A stretch of 64,000 nt of DNA, taken from the NCBI GenBank assembly GCA_031423795.1, contig JANPGH010000122.1, positions 5,603 through 69,602 on the forward strand. Reading direction: 5' to 3'. The number at the start of each line of letters is the position of its first letter. Position 1 is the first letter of the stretch. The notes beneath the pieces are model-generated. The model did not search any database and was not told the DNA's origin. It saw only the letters and a list, made by a program, of their open reading frames with translations. Of this stretch, positions 19,577-28,049 are shown piece by piece. The stretch comes from Elusimicrobiota bacterium (GTDB lineage Bacteria; Elusimicrobiota; Elusimicrobia; UBA1565; UBA9628). Made by a program: the position numbers and the translations under genes.

Positions 19577-20038
19577 ATGTCCGCCATTACCGCTCGCCTC
19601 GATCCGTGCGTCAACTGGATGAAGCTTCTTTCCCGGACCCACGGCCGTATTTTGTGGGCATTCCCCGTCCTCCTGATCGCCGGTTATATGTGGTCGGTGA
19701 ATTGGGGCGACGCCTTCAGTGGAATCTCCCGGCAGAAGTCGGTCCGCGATGCCCACTCCCCTCTTTTGAGCGAAGCGCGGCGCCTGGGACTGACGTTCAA
19801 TGACGTCCTCGCCCATCCCCAAATAGCGATCGGCAGGCCCGTCACCTGGTGCGTGTCGAGCAAGGACGGCCAGACCGGTTTTGTTGACGAAAAGGCGACG
19901 ATGCCCGTCGTCTGGGCGTATCCTTCCGAAGACCTGCGAACCTTCCTCGGAACGCACGGATATTGTCAGAAAGAACTCTCGATCATTGAAGGCCTCGATC
20001 GCGGAGCCGTTTTGCTTCGTCCGATCGAAAAACTCTAA
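19577..20038 (+). CDS. Hypothetical membrane-anchored protein
   Basis: 153-aa track ORF with one hydrophobic helix (ILWAFPVLLIAGYMW). TAATG junction with acpS. Confidence 0.5.
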   Translation: MSAITARLDPCVNWMKLLSRTHGRILWAFPVLLIAGYMWSVNWGDAFSGISRQKSVRDAHSPLLSEARRLGLTFNDVLAHPQIAIGRPVTWCVSSKDGQTGFVDEKATMPVVWAYPSEDLRTFLGTHGYCQKELSIIEGLDRGAVLLRPIEKL

Positions 20039-20373
20039 TGGAGCTGGGAGTCGACATCGTCGAGATCTCCCGGGTCCGCGAATTCGCGCGGCGTACGCCG
20101 AGTTTCTTAACAAGGGTCTTCACTCCGAAAGAAATTGCCTATTGCCGAGCCAAGAAGGATCCTTGGCCCCATTTCGCCGTCCGTTTCGCCGCCAAGGAAG
20201 CGGTGTTTAAGGCCTTGGGCCGGGCCGACATCATCCTCAGAAACATTTCCGTCCACCGCGATGCGAAGGGCAAGCCCTCCGTCCTCATCGACGGCAAAAC
20301 CGCGCGCAAGGTCAAGCTTACGCTCTCCCATAGCCGCGATCACGCGGTCGCCTTCGCTGTCCGCCTTCCTTAA
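20038..20373 (+). CDS. acpS: Holo-[acyl-carrier-protein] synthase
   Basis: 111 aa. Sequence MELGVDIVEISRV...FAAKEAVFKALG...LSHSRDHAVAF. Confidence 0.88.
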   Translation: MELGVDIVEISRVREFARRTPSFLTRVFTPKEIAYCRAKKDPWPHFAVRFAAKEAVFKALGRADIILRNISVHRDAKGKPSVLIDGKTARKVKLTLSHSRDHAVAFAVRLP

Positions 20374-20503
20374 AGAAGCGAAGGCCCGCGGCCAAAGGAC
20401 CCGGTTTCGTCTGGGAACTTATAATTTGAGAAATGCCCCATCAGGCCTAAGGGCATTTGCGCCCACCGTTGGTAAGATCGGTGATAAAGAGATCTTCGGT
20501 CAC

Positions 20504-21265
20504 ATGAAAAAGATCGTCATGATCGGCTTATTGGTCGTTCCCGCCCGCTCAAGGGCGGCGTACGAGCACGTACGAGTGCGCGCGTTGACCGGCACCATGC
20601 CATTGACGCAGTCGCCTTTCGCCGCGACGAGCTTGAGGGTTCCTCCGCATGTCGCGGCCGTCCCCGCGCTCGTAATTTCCGATGGAGTCCGCACTTCAGA
20701 GGTAATCGAACTCCATCCGGCGGCTCGAGCGGTGGCTTCGCCGGCGGAGATGCCGGCCCCCGCCGACGGCGAACCCGCAGCGACGGTGATCGCCGCAATG
20801 GCCGAGCCAACACCGGTAGACCTCCTCTCCGACGCCGGGCCGACCGGGGCGGTTGTCCTCGACAGACTGAGAATTAGGATTCGCGTGCCTGACGTCGTTT
20901 TCGACGGGACAAGGCCCGACCAACGGTCGGAGGAGGCGCCGCCGTCTGTTCCCGATGTCCTTGCGTCTCAGTATGCCGCCCGGATTAACGCCGCCGTCGG
21001 CATCGCCGATAGCGACCTGCGCGATCGCGCGATCGAATTGATCGCCTTTGACACGAAAATGAAGCCGAGCGTCGCCGATATAGAACGGCTCATGTCGCTG
21101 GTATCGGACCGGGACGTGCTGTCGACTTTGCCGAGGCGATGGTGGCGCGAGATCGAGCCGGTCGGTATGGCCGCGGTGATCGCGAAGCGGGGGCGCGACG
21201 TCGCGACGATGACGATGCTCTTCAAACGCTGGATCAACGCGCATACCGATCGTTGGCAACTTTAG
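20504..21265 (+). CDS. Hypothetical protein with signal-like N-terminus
   Basis: The ATG at 20504 (MKKIVMIGLLVV) lies inside track ORF 20135..21265. The upstream part of that ORF overlaps acpS out of frame. Contains one RD-x-AI...AD-x-E-x-L helical module. Confidence 0.5.
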   Translation: MKKIVMIGLLVVPARSRAAYEHVRVRALTGTMPLTQSPFAATSLRVPPHVAAVPALVISDGVRTSEVIELHPAARAVASPAEMPAPADGEPAATVIAAMAEPTPVDLLSDAGPTGAVVLDRLRIRIRVPDVVFDGTRPDQRSEEAPPSVPDVLASQYAARINAAVGIADSDLRDRAIELIAFDTKMKPSVADIERLMSLVSDRDVLSTLPRRWWREIEPVGMAAVIAKRGRDVATMTMLFKRWINAHTDRWQL

Positions 21266-21274
21266 ACTCGGATC

Positions 21275-21850
21275 ATGGACGTGACGCCGCTGGCGCCCCT
21301 TTTCGCGGCGCTGCCTCCGGGAGCCGCGCGGGATCAAGCCATCGCTAGCTTTTCATATGAACTAACCCAGCTGGAGCCGATCGCGGACACCGCCGAGATT
21401 CTGAGTATGGCGAGCAGTTCGCTGCGGCGGCAATTGCGCAGCGAGGTCATCTGGAAGAAGTTGCGTTTCGCGGAGATCATCCAGTTCCTGTGTTCTTCTC
21501 TCGACGACAAATCCGGCGCCCGCCCGAAGTTCGCCCTGCTCGAGAGTTGGTTGCCGGTATATGCGAAGGCGGGCAAGGACGGGAAATGGCATAAACTGGT
21601 ATTCGCGCTTTCAAAGCTTCCCTCGGGAATAGAGCGCGACCAATCCATTGACGAGGCGATTCTGTGGGGCTACGTTCCCGCGGATAACCTCGAATCATTG
21701 CTCATTCTCGTCGAGAACGTCGCGATGAAACACAGGATTCGGGCCGCCCTGAAGGCCGCTCCCAAGCCAGTTCCCGCGCCAGCGGGGGAGGTGGCCCTCA
21801 GAACCGCGCAAGCGCGGCAAATTTTCCAAGCCATATCGGGGCTGCCGTAA
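21275..21850 (+). CDS. Hypothetical helical-repeat protein, apparently truncated by TAA at 21848
   Basis: 191-aa track ORF with two RDQ[AS]I...AD..E.L modules. The same frame stays open and protein-like for 52 more codons after the stop. Confidence 0.55.
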   Translation: MDVTPLAPLFAALPPGAARDQAIASFSYELTQLEPIADTAEILSMASSSLRRQLRSEVIWKKLRFAEIIQFLCSSLDDKSGARPKFALLESWLPVYAKAGKDGKWHKLVFALSKLPSGIERDQSIDEAILWGYVPADNLESLLILVENVAMKHRIRAALKAAPKPVPAPAGEVALRTAQARQIFQAISGLP

Positions 21851-22009
21851 CGATTTCGATTCCCGGAAATCGAACGCATTTGTCCCGGGGTCAGCGTGCA
21901 CGTTATCCGCGCGGTCCTCGGAAAAATGCGCGACCGCGGATTGATCTGGTGCCCCAAACGGGGCCGCCAGGCCGAATGGGAAAAGATCTCCGCCCACTTG
22001 AGCCGCTAG
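21851..22009 (+). pseudogene. In-frame continuation after TAA: helices 2-3 and wing of a winged-helix domain (FPEIERICPGVSVHVIRAVLGKMRDRGLIWCPKRGRQAEWEKI)
   Basis: Same frame as 21275..21850. There is no start codon of its own apart from an internal ATG/GTG. The domain pattern spans the stop codon. Confidence 0.45.
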
Positions 22010-22049
22010 GACGTTGATTTATACGTCTTCTCCTGTTAACCTATCGTCT

Positions 22050-22622
22050 ATGAGCCGTACGCTAGTGCTCAATCGCAGTTTTCGGGCGGTCGCGGTCGCC
22101 GATTGGCGCCGCGCGGTCACGCTCGTTTATATGGGCATGGCCGAGGCGCTGGACGAGGATTTGACGCCGTATGATTTTCGCGCTTGGGTGGCGGCGTCCT
22201 CCAATTGGGTGATTGCCAACATGTCCATTGTGCGCTCGGTGAGCACGTCGATCGTGGTGCCCGAGGTCATCCGCCTAGTCAGTTATGATCGCATTCCTCA
22301 GAGGGAAGTGGCTTTTACCCGGCACAACGTTTTCGCGCGCGACCGACACCGTTGCTCGTACTGCGGCAAAAAGAAAAATACGGACGAACTCGATATCGAC
22401 CACGTCCTACCGCGCTCCCGTGGCGGGCCCCATGAATGGGGAAACGTGGTGACGTCCTGCCGGCCGTGCAACCTGCGAAAGGCAGACAAGCTCCCCGACG
22501 AGGCCGGCATGCCGTTACGCGTGCGCCCGGAAAAGCCGCGGTGGACGCTGATGGGATGCCTGATCCCCCATCCGCGATCGGCGATGCCCGCCAGCTGGAA
22601 GCGCCTTCTCGCCGAAGCCTAA
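22050..22622 (+). CDS. HNH endonuclease (stand-alone COG1403 type)
   Basis: HRCSYCGKKKNTDELDIDHVLPRSRGGPHEWGNVVTSCRPCNLRKADK. Start ATG at 22050 (MSRTLVLNRSF) is preferred over the track TTG at 22014. Confidence 0.85.
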   Translation: MSRTLVLNRSFRAVAVADWRRAVTLVYMGMAEALDEDLTPYDFRAWVAASSNWVIANMSIVRSVSTSIVVPEVIRLVSYDRIPQREVAFTRHNVFARDRHRCSYCGKKKNTDELDIDHVLPRSRGGPHEWGNVVTSCRPCNLRKADKLPDEAGMPLRVRPEKPRWTLMGCLIPHPRSAMPASWKRLLAEA

Positions 22623-22656
22623 ACCCCCCTAGGCCTCGAAGCGCTATAATCGGGGC

Positions 22657-23565
22657 ATGAAGGCCCTGACCAAATCGGAACTGCGCGAGGGATTGGTCGC
22701 GCGTCGTCCCGAGGACCACAAAGGCGTTTACGGGCATGCGCTGATCATCGCCGGTTCGCGCGGGATGCCGGGGGCGGCGATCTTGGCGGCGCGGGCCGCG
22801 CTGCGCTCGGGGGCGGGGCTCGTCACCGTCGCAATCCCTGTCGGAACTGCACCGGTTGTTGCCGGCGCAGTTCCTGCGGCGATGATCCTGGCCCTGCCGG
22901 AAAACGGCTCCGGTGTGTTTCTGCCGAGTGGCATCGTCAAGCTCAAAACCTACGCCAAAGAGCGGCGCGTGACCGCTTGCGCCTTGGGTCCAGGAATTAC
23001 GACGCATCCCGATGCCGCGAGGTTCGTTTTTCAAGTCTTAGCAGGAGTGCCTGTGGCAACCCTGATCGACGCCGACGCCTTGAACGCGCTGGCCTCCCAA
23101 GGATTTACCGAAGTCGCGCGCACGCTCAAGGCGCGACGCTCGCCGTGCATCGTTACGCCCCACCCGGGAGAGATTGCGCGGCTACTCAAGATCGAGAAAC
23201 CGACCTCTGAGTCTGATCGCGTCAGCGCGGTCGAACGATTGGCGCGCGAAGGCGGCGTGGTCGCGCTGCTCAAGGGTCGGCGCACGTTGATTTCGACGGG
23301 AACGCGCACGGTCGTCAATCCTACGGGCGGGCCGGGACTGGCCAAGGGCGGTTCCGGGGACGCGCTGACGGGTCTGATCACGGGTCTCTGGGCGCAGGCG
23401 TTGGCTTCGGGCCGTGTCACGGGGGATATCGGTTTTAAATGCGCGGCGCTCGGCGCTTGGCTGCACGGCACGGCGGGCGACGCCGCCGAGTCCGAACTCA
23501 CGGCGTGGGCCACGACGGCGACGGATTTGATCGAGTTCCTGTCGCACGCGTTCAAGGCGTTGTGA
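22657..23565 (+). CDS. nnrD: ADP-dependent NAD(P)H-hydrate dehydratase (YjeF C-terminal type)
   Basis: 302 aa. HKGVYGHALIIAGSRGMPGAAILAARAALRSGAGLVTV and GGSGDALTGLITGL. Confidence 0.88.
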   Translation: MKALTKSELREGLVARRPEDHKGVYGHALIIAGSRGMPGAAILAARAALRSGAGLVTVAIPVGTAPVVAGAVPAAMILALPENGSGVFLPSGIVKLKTYAKERRVTACALGPGITTHPDAARFVFQVLAGVPVATLIDADALNALASQGFTEVARTLKARRSPCIVTPHPGEIARLLKIEKPTSESDRVSAVERLAREGGVVALLKGRRTLISTGTRTVVNPTGGPGLAKGGSGDALTGLITGLWAQALASGRVTGDIGFKCAALGAWLHGTAGDAAESELTAWATTATDLIEFLSHAFKAL

Positions 23566-23990
23566 AGCTCGCCACGTCCGTCGCCGACCAGACGATTCAT
23601 GTAGGGGAACTCATCGGCCGCTCGTTGGCTCCCGGCGACGTCGTCTTGCTTCACGGCGACCTGGGGGCGGGCAAAACGACGCTTGTGCGTGGCATCGCGA
23701 GGTCTCTCGGTTACCGCGGGCGAGTCTCCAGCCCGACGTTCGCGCTGGCGCACATCTATCGCGGCAAGAAAATGACGCTCCATCATTTGGATCTTTACCG
23801 ACTGCAAGGCGCGGATACATCGGAGTTGGGTATCGAAGAGCTGTTGCAAGACCCTCATGGCGTGGTCGTCGTCGAGTGGCCCGATATCGCGAGTCGGTGG
23901 CCACGCCGCCGGATCGAAGTCCGGTTGGCCCATGCGACACGCGGCCGCTCGATCACCGTCGTCGATCGTCGTCGCGGCAGGCCCTCGTGA
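23562..23990 (+). CDS. tsaE: tRNA t6A37 biosynthesis protein TsaE
   Basis: GDLGAGKTTLVRGI P-loop and SPTF motif. GTG start in a GTGA overlap with nnrD. Confidence 0.88.
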   Translation: MKLATSVADQTIHVGELIGRSLAPGDVVLLHGDLGAGKTTLVRGIARSLGYRGRVSSPTFALAHIYRGKKMTLHHLDLYRLQGADTSELGIEELLQDPHGVVVVEWPDIASRWPRRRIEVRLAHATRGRSITVVDRRRGRPS

Positions 23991-24601
23991 TCCGAACCGA
24001 ACCCGTGGTGATCGCCGTCGACACGACCGGGGACGTGCTCAGTGTCGCCGTGAGCGCGCGGGGGAAAATCTATCGAGTACGTCGGCGAAGTTCGCGGCCG
24101 CATGACGAAATGCTGCTTCCCGCGGTCGAACGCGCTATGGCCAAAGCTAAAGTCGCCTGGAAAGACTTGGATGCCGTTGCCGCGGCGGCAGGGCCTGGAA
24201 AGTTCACCGGTATCCGCATCGGACTTTCATTCGCGGCGGTCGTCGGTTTCCAGCGAAAAATTCCGGCGTTGGCGCTGTCGCGGCTCGAAGCTGCGGCGGA
24301 GGCTTGGCCCCAGGGTCGCATCCTCGCCGCATTGACCGGGTGGAAAAATGAGGTGTATCATCAACGTTTTCGCCGGACGACGCGAGGGCTTGTGTCGCTT
24401 GGCTCCGCGTCTTGGACGGCGGCCGAGGACTGGCCCGCGGTACGCGCCGCTGCCGAGAGTCAAGGCTGGGTTGTCGCCGACGGCGTCGTTTCGGCGGTGC
24501 AGGTGCTCAAAACGGCACAGCGGCGCTTGGCGGCGAAGAAATTTCCTCCGTTTGAGCCTTTTTACCTCAAGCCGGCCGGTTATGAAAAGTCCCGTCATTA
24601 G
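23987..24601 (+). CDS. tsaB: tRNA t6A37 biosynthesis protein TsaB
   Basis: IAVDTTGDVLSVAV and GPGKFTGIRIGLSFA. GTGA overlap with tsaE. Confidence 0.85.
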   Translation: MIRTEPVVIAVDTTGDVLSVAVSARGKIYRVRRRSSRPHDEMLLPAVERAMAKAKVAWKDLDAVAAAAGPGKFTGIRIGLSFAAVVGFQRKIPALALSRLEAAAEAWPQGRILAALTGWKNEVYHQRFRRTTRGLVSLGSASWTAAEDWPAVRAAAESQGWVVADGVVSAVQVLKTAQRRLAAKKFPPFEPFYLKPAGYEKSRH

Positions 24602-25016
24602 GCCGGCGCAAAGGTTCGATGTTGAGGAGATCGTCAAAATCGGGGAGCGTCCGTTTGCCGCGCATTGGTCGCGGCAGGCCTATGCGGACGAAATTTCCCG
24701 CCGCGATTCCATTTTTCTCGTCGCCGACGACGGGGGAACCCGCGGATATCTCGTCGCACGCTGCGATCATGATCGCCTCGACTTGCTCGATATCGCCGCG
24801 GGGGAGGACGGCAGGGGCATCGGCCGCGCCCTGTGGACGGCATTGATCGCCGCCGCGCGGTCGCGCGGTGCCGCGACGATCGCTTTGGAGGTGTCGGACG
24901 CCAACACGCGGGCGAAGCTGTTTTATGCCCGGGCCGGAGCGAAGGTTGTCGGTCGGCGGCCGAAGTTCTACAATGACGGTTCTGACGCCATCCTGATGGA
25001 TTACCCACTTTCGTGA
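24582..25016 (+). CDS. rimI: Ribosomal-protein-alanine N-acetyltransferase (GNAT)
   Basis: 144 aa from the ATG at 24582. GNAT motif GRGIGRALW. Canonical tsaE-tsaB-rimI context. Confidence 0.8.
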   Translation: MKSPVIRPAQRFDVEEIVKIGERPFAAHWSRQAYADEISRRDSIFLVADDGGTRGYLVARCDHDRLDLLDIAAGEDGRGIGRALWTALIAAARSRGAATIALEVSDANTRAKLFYARAGAKVVGRRPKFYNDGSDAILMDYPLS

Positions 25017-27157
25017 TTCCTACCCTGCTTCTCGCGCTCAGTTTTACCATCGCGCACGCCGCGCCGTCCTCAGGATCGCCTGAGTCGCGCCAGGCGCAGG
25101 CGGAGTATTTGCGTGGGACGTTGCTCGAGCGTCGCGGCGCGTACGCTGACGCCCTGAAGTCCTACGAGAATGCGATGGCGCTTGATCCGGCCGCCGCGTT
25201 CATCGCCGGCGAGGCGGCAGAACTCTCTTTGGAGCTCGAGGACTACGAGCGCGCCGAGAAATGGGCCCGAAAACGACTGGAATTGGCGCCTCGAGATGCT
25301 CGGTCGCGCGTGATTTTAGGGCGCGTTCTGTGGACGCGCGGCGACTTCGTCGGGGCTCGGGGTGAATTCGAGAAGGCGCTGGAAGCCGATCCCGCTTCGG
25401 CCGAGAACCTCTTTGCGCTGACGGAACTGGTCGCCGTTCGCGACCCGAAGGGAGCGCGCAAGCTGCTCGAGCAGTTCTTGTTCCGCAACCCCGAGCATGC
25501 CGCCCGCGCCCTTTTCGAGTTGGCGCGCTTAGATGCGCAAGAAGAACGCTTCATGGCGGCCGTCGAAAAACTCGAACGCGCGATCGCCCTCGACGATTCG
25601 GAGTCCGGGCCTGCGCGCCGCATGTTGGCGCAGGTGTACGAGGTCACTCACGCGACGGCGGCCGCGGTGGAAGAATATCAGCGGCTCTTGGTCGCGGAGC
25701 CCAATGACACGGAGCTCTGGAGTCACGTCGGGGAACTGCAGGCGGCGGCCGGAACGTTGGAGGAGGCCCGAGACACTTTTACGCGTCTAAAACAAAAATA
25801 TCCCAACGACCCCGCGGCCTGCGCATGGCTGGCGGCCGACGCGGAGCGCTCCGGCGATTTCGCGCGCGCCGCGCGCGCCCTTCAAGATAGCTCGGCCCTC
25901 AAAGACGACCCCACGCTTAATTTGCGGCTGGGTTATTATCAATTGCAGGCGGGCGGCATCAAGGAAGCGATGATGGTCTTACGCGCGGCGCGCCAGCGTT
26001 GGCCGAAAGACGACCGTATCGCTTACTACTTGGCGTTGGGCAACGACGACCAAGGAGATCACGCCAGCGCGGTGAAGCTGCTTGGCGAGGTCGTGAGCGT
26101 GAAACCCGAGGACCGAGAGGCGCGGTGGCAGCTGGCGACGATCTTGGAGAAAATGAACAAAATGCCGGAGGCCGAGATTGAGTTCCGTCGACTGATCGCC
26201 GACAAGTCCGACGACGCTCCCGCGCTGAACTACCTCGGGTACTCGCTGGCCGATCGCGGGCAGAAGCTCGACGACGCTCTGGCCCTTATCAAGCGGGCAC
26301 TCGTCATTGAGCCGGGCAATCCTGCTTATCGGGACTCCCTAGGCTGGATTTTTTTCAAATTGGGACGCTCGACCGAGGCGGCGCGGGAATTAGCGATCGC
26401 GGCCCGCGCCTTGCCGGAGGACGAATCAGTCTGGGACCATTTAGGTGATGCGCGTAGCGCATCGGGCCGGGAGGAAGGCGCGTGGCGTGCCTGGCGGTTG
26501 TCGCAGATTTCTGGCGGAACGAAATCCGGCGCCAAGGCCGATGCCCTACAAAAAGTATTGACGCCTGAAGGCGCCGGCGAGCTGTGGCGTTCCCACTTGG
26601 AGGCCGTCCATGGTGGACTCAAGAAGCTCAACGCGGTGTGCGAAGTTAAAGGGCATTTCGGCAGTCGCAGCGTGGTTGCCCAAGCGCTGCTGAGCTTTCG
26701 TGCGCCAAAAGAATTGACCTTGGAAATCTTAGGCCCGATGTTTTCCCCGGTTGCGCGAGCGCGCGTAGACGAGCGGGGATTCACGATGGACCATCTAAAT
26801 TTCGACGGTGTAGCCGTCGAGCAGCTCGGAGCCGCAGCCGAGGAATTTCTTTCCGCCGTGGCCTCCTGGTACGCGGGAGAACCGTTCCTGCCCGGGCCCG
26901 CGAAATTTGAGAGCGGGTGGGGCCGTCGCAATTTGGTACGAACGTCCTGGCGCGTCGAATTAGATGACACGGGACTGGCACGGACGCTGTCTCGGCCTGG
27001 CGGCACTGAAATGGCATTGTCGGAGTATGAGAAATTGGGGACTCGACGGTACCCGAAAACGTTCTCTATCCATGGCCGATTTTGGGAGCTGTCCCTGTCT
27101 TGCCCCCAGCCGAAGTTCGAGGCGGTCCCCGAACCCACCTTGCCGGAGGCGCCATGA
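25013..27157 (+). CDS. TPR-repeat protein with a C-terminal LolB/DUF4292-like domain
   Basis: 714 aa. Signal-like N-terminus MIPTLLLALSFTIAHAAPSSG. Multiple TPR units follow. The C-terminal ~200 aa form a beta-rich region (AQALLSFRAPKELTLEILGPMFSPVARARVDERGFTM). Sits immediately upstream of ispE. Confidence 0.75.
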   Translation: MIPTLLLALSFTIAHAAPSSGSPESRQAQAEYLRGTLLERRGAYADALKSYENAMALDPAAAFIAGEAAELSLELEDYERAEKWARKRLELAPRDARSRVILGRVLWTRGDFVGARGEFEKALEADPASAENLFALTELVAVRDPKGARKLLEQFLFRNPEHAARALFELARLDAQEERFMAAVEKLERAIALDDSESGPARRMLAQVYEVTHATAAAVEEYQRLLVAEPNDTELWSHVGELQAAAGTLEEARDTFTRLKQKYPNDPAACAWLAADAERSGDFARAARALQDSSALKDDPTLNLRLGYYQLQAGGIKEAMMVLRAARQRWPKDDRIAYYLALGNDDQGDHASAVKLLGEVVSVKPEDREARWQLATILEKMNKMPEAEIEFRRLIADKSDDAPALNYLGYSLADRGQKLDDALALIKRALVIEPGNPAYRDSLGWIFFKLGRSTEAARELAIAARALPEDESVWDHLGDARSASGREEGAWRAWRLSQISGGTKSGAKADALQKVLTPEGAGELWRSHLEAVHGGLKKLNAVCEVKGHFGSRSVVAQALLSFRAPKELTLEILGPMFSPVARARVDERGFTMDHLNFDGVAVEQLGAAAEEFLSAVASWYAGEPFLPGPAKFESGWGRRNLVRTSWRVELDDTGLARTLSRPGGTEMALSEYEKLGTRRYPKTFSIHGRFWELSLSCPQPKFEAVPEPTLPEAP

Positions 27158-28044
27158 AGTTCCAGTGCCCGGCCAAGGTAAATCTATTCTTGGAAGTGAC
27201 GGGGCGGCGCAAAAGCGGCTATCACACGTTGGCGACACTATTCGCAAAAATTAATATTTATGACGTTTTGGATATGGAATTCGCCAATGGCGGCAAACCC
27301 ACTTTAGAGATCGTCGATGAGTTGGGAACTGGACACTTGTCGCCCGGCCCCGATAACTTGGTAATGCGTGCCGCAACGGCTTTTTACAAGACCTTTCGCA
27401 TTGGCGTCGGCGTCAAAATCACTTTGACTAAGAGGATTCCGATGGGAGCGGGGCTCGGCGGCGGTTCTTCAGATGCGGCGGGAACCTTGCTGGGGTTGGC
27501 GAAGATTTTTGGAATTGAATTGAACGCCGCCAAAAAGAAAAAATTGCATGATATTGCGCTGAAATTGGGCGCAGATGTCCCTTTTTTTCTTAACGACGCC
27601 GATTTTTGCCGTGCGGGCGGAATAGGAGACCGCCTCAGGCGCATGGAATTCGCTAAATCCCTTCCCTACATGATCGTCGCCTGGCCGGGTTTCGGTATCC
27701 CGACGGGACCCGTCTATAAAGCGCTGCCACTTCAGCGGCGTCCCGATACGTTGACGAGGTTGTCCCAACTTGGTAAACTGATGCGAAGTTTGAAACGTGG
27801 TCGCCCCGTCGAGGAGTGGGGGGGGCTGCTATTCAACCGCCTGGAGCAGGCGGATTTGCCGGTGATGACGGAGGTCGCGCAAGCCCGCCGCATTCTTCAA
27901 GCCGCAGGAGCAAAGGGCGTTCGTATGTCGGGTTCTGGTTCGTCGGTGTTCGGGTTCGTGTCATCCCACGTCGAGGGTGAAAGTGTCCTTAAACGGCTCC
28001 AAGCTTACCCCTGGAAGGTCTATTTGACCAGCTGTCACGGTTAA
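27154..28044 (+). CDS. ispE: 4-diphosphocytidyl-2-C-methyl-D-erythritol kinase
   Basis: MKFQCPAKVNLFLEVTGRR and GHMP motif PMGAGLGGGSSDAA. ATGA overlap with the upstream gene. Confidence 0.9.
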   Translation: MKFQCPAKVNLFLEVTGRRKSGYHTLATLFAKINIYDVLDMEFANGGKPTLEIVDELGTGHLSPGPDNLVMRAATAFYKTFRIGVGVKITLTKRIPMGAGLGGGSSDAAGTLLGLAKIFGIELNAAKKKKLHDIALKLGADVPFFLNDADFCRAGGIGDRLRRMEFAKSLPYMIVAWPGFGIPTGPVYKALPLQRRPDTLTRLSQLGKLMRSLKRGRPVEEWGGLLFNRLEQADLPVMTEVAQARRILQAAGAKGVRMSGSGSSVFGFVSSHVEGESVLKRLQAYPWKVYLTSCHG

Positions 28045-28049
28045 CCCTT

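Noticed and set aside
20431-20458. Hairpin AAATGCCC-N12-GGGCATTT after acpS as a terminator
   Set aside because: The stem is short (8 bp), the loop is large, and no T-tract follows. The evidence is too weak to call.
20135-20503. 5' part of the 376-aa ORF overlapping acpS
   Set aside because: It is out of frame with the well-supported acpS gene and has a Pro/Ser/Arg-rich composition. The downstream ATG at 20504 is a plausible start.
23031-23933. 300-aa minus-strand ORF spanning nnrD/tsaE (also 22315..23034, 26326..27138, 45208..45984, 38872..39588, 20696..21337, 14903..15538)
   Set aside because: All are antisense to genes with clear family motifs and tight operon overlaps. Their composition and lack of RBS or motifs mark them as GC-rich artefacts.
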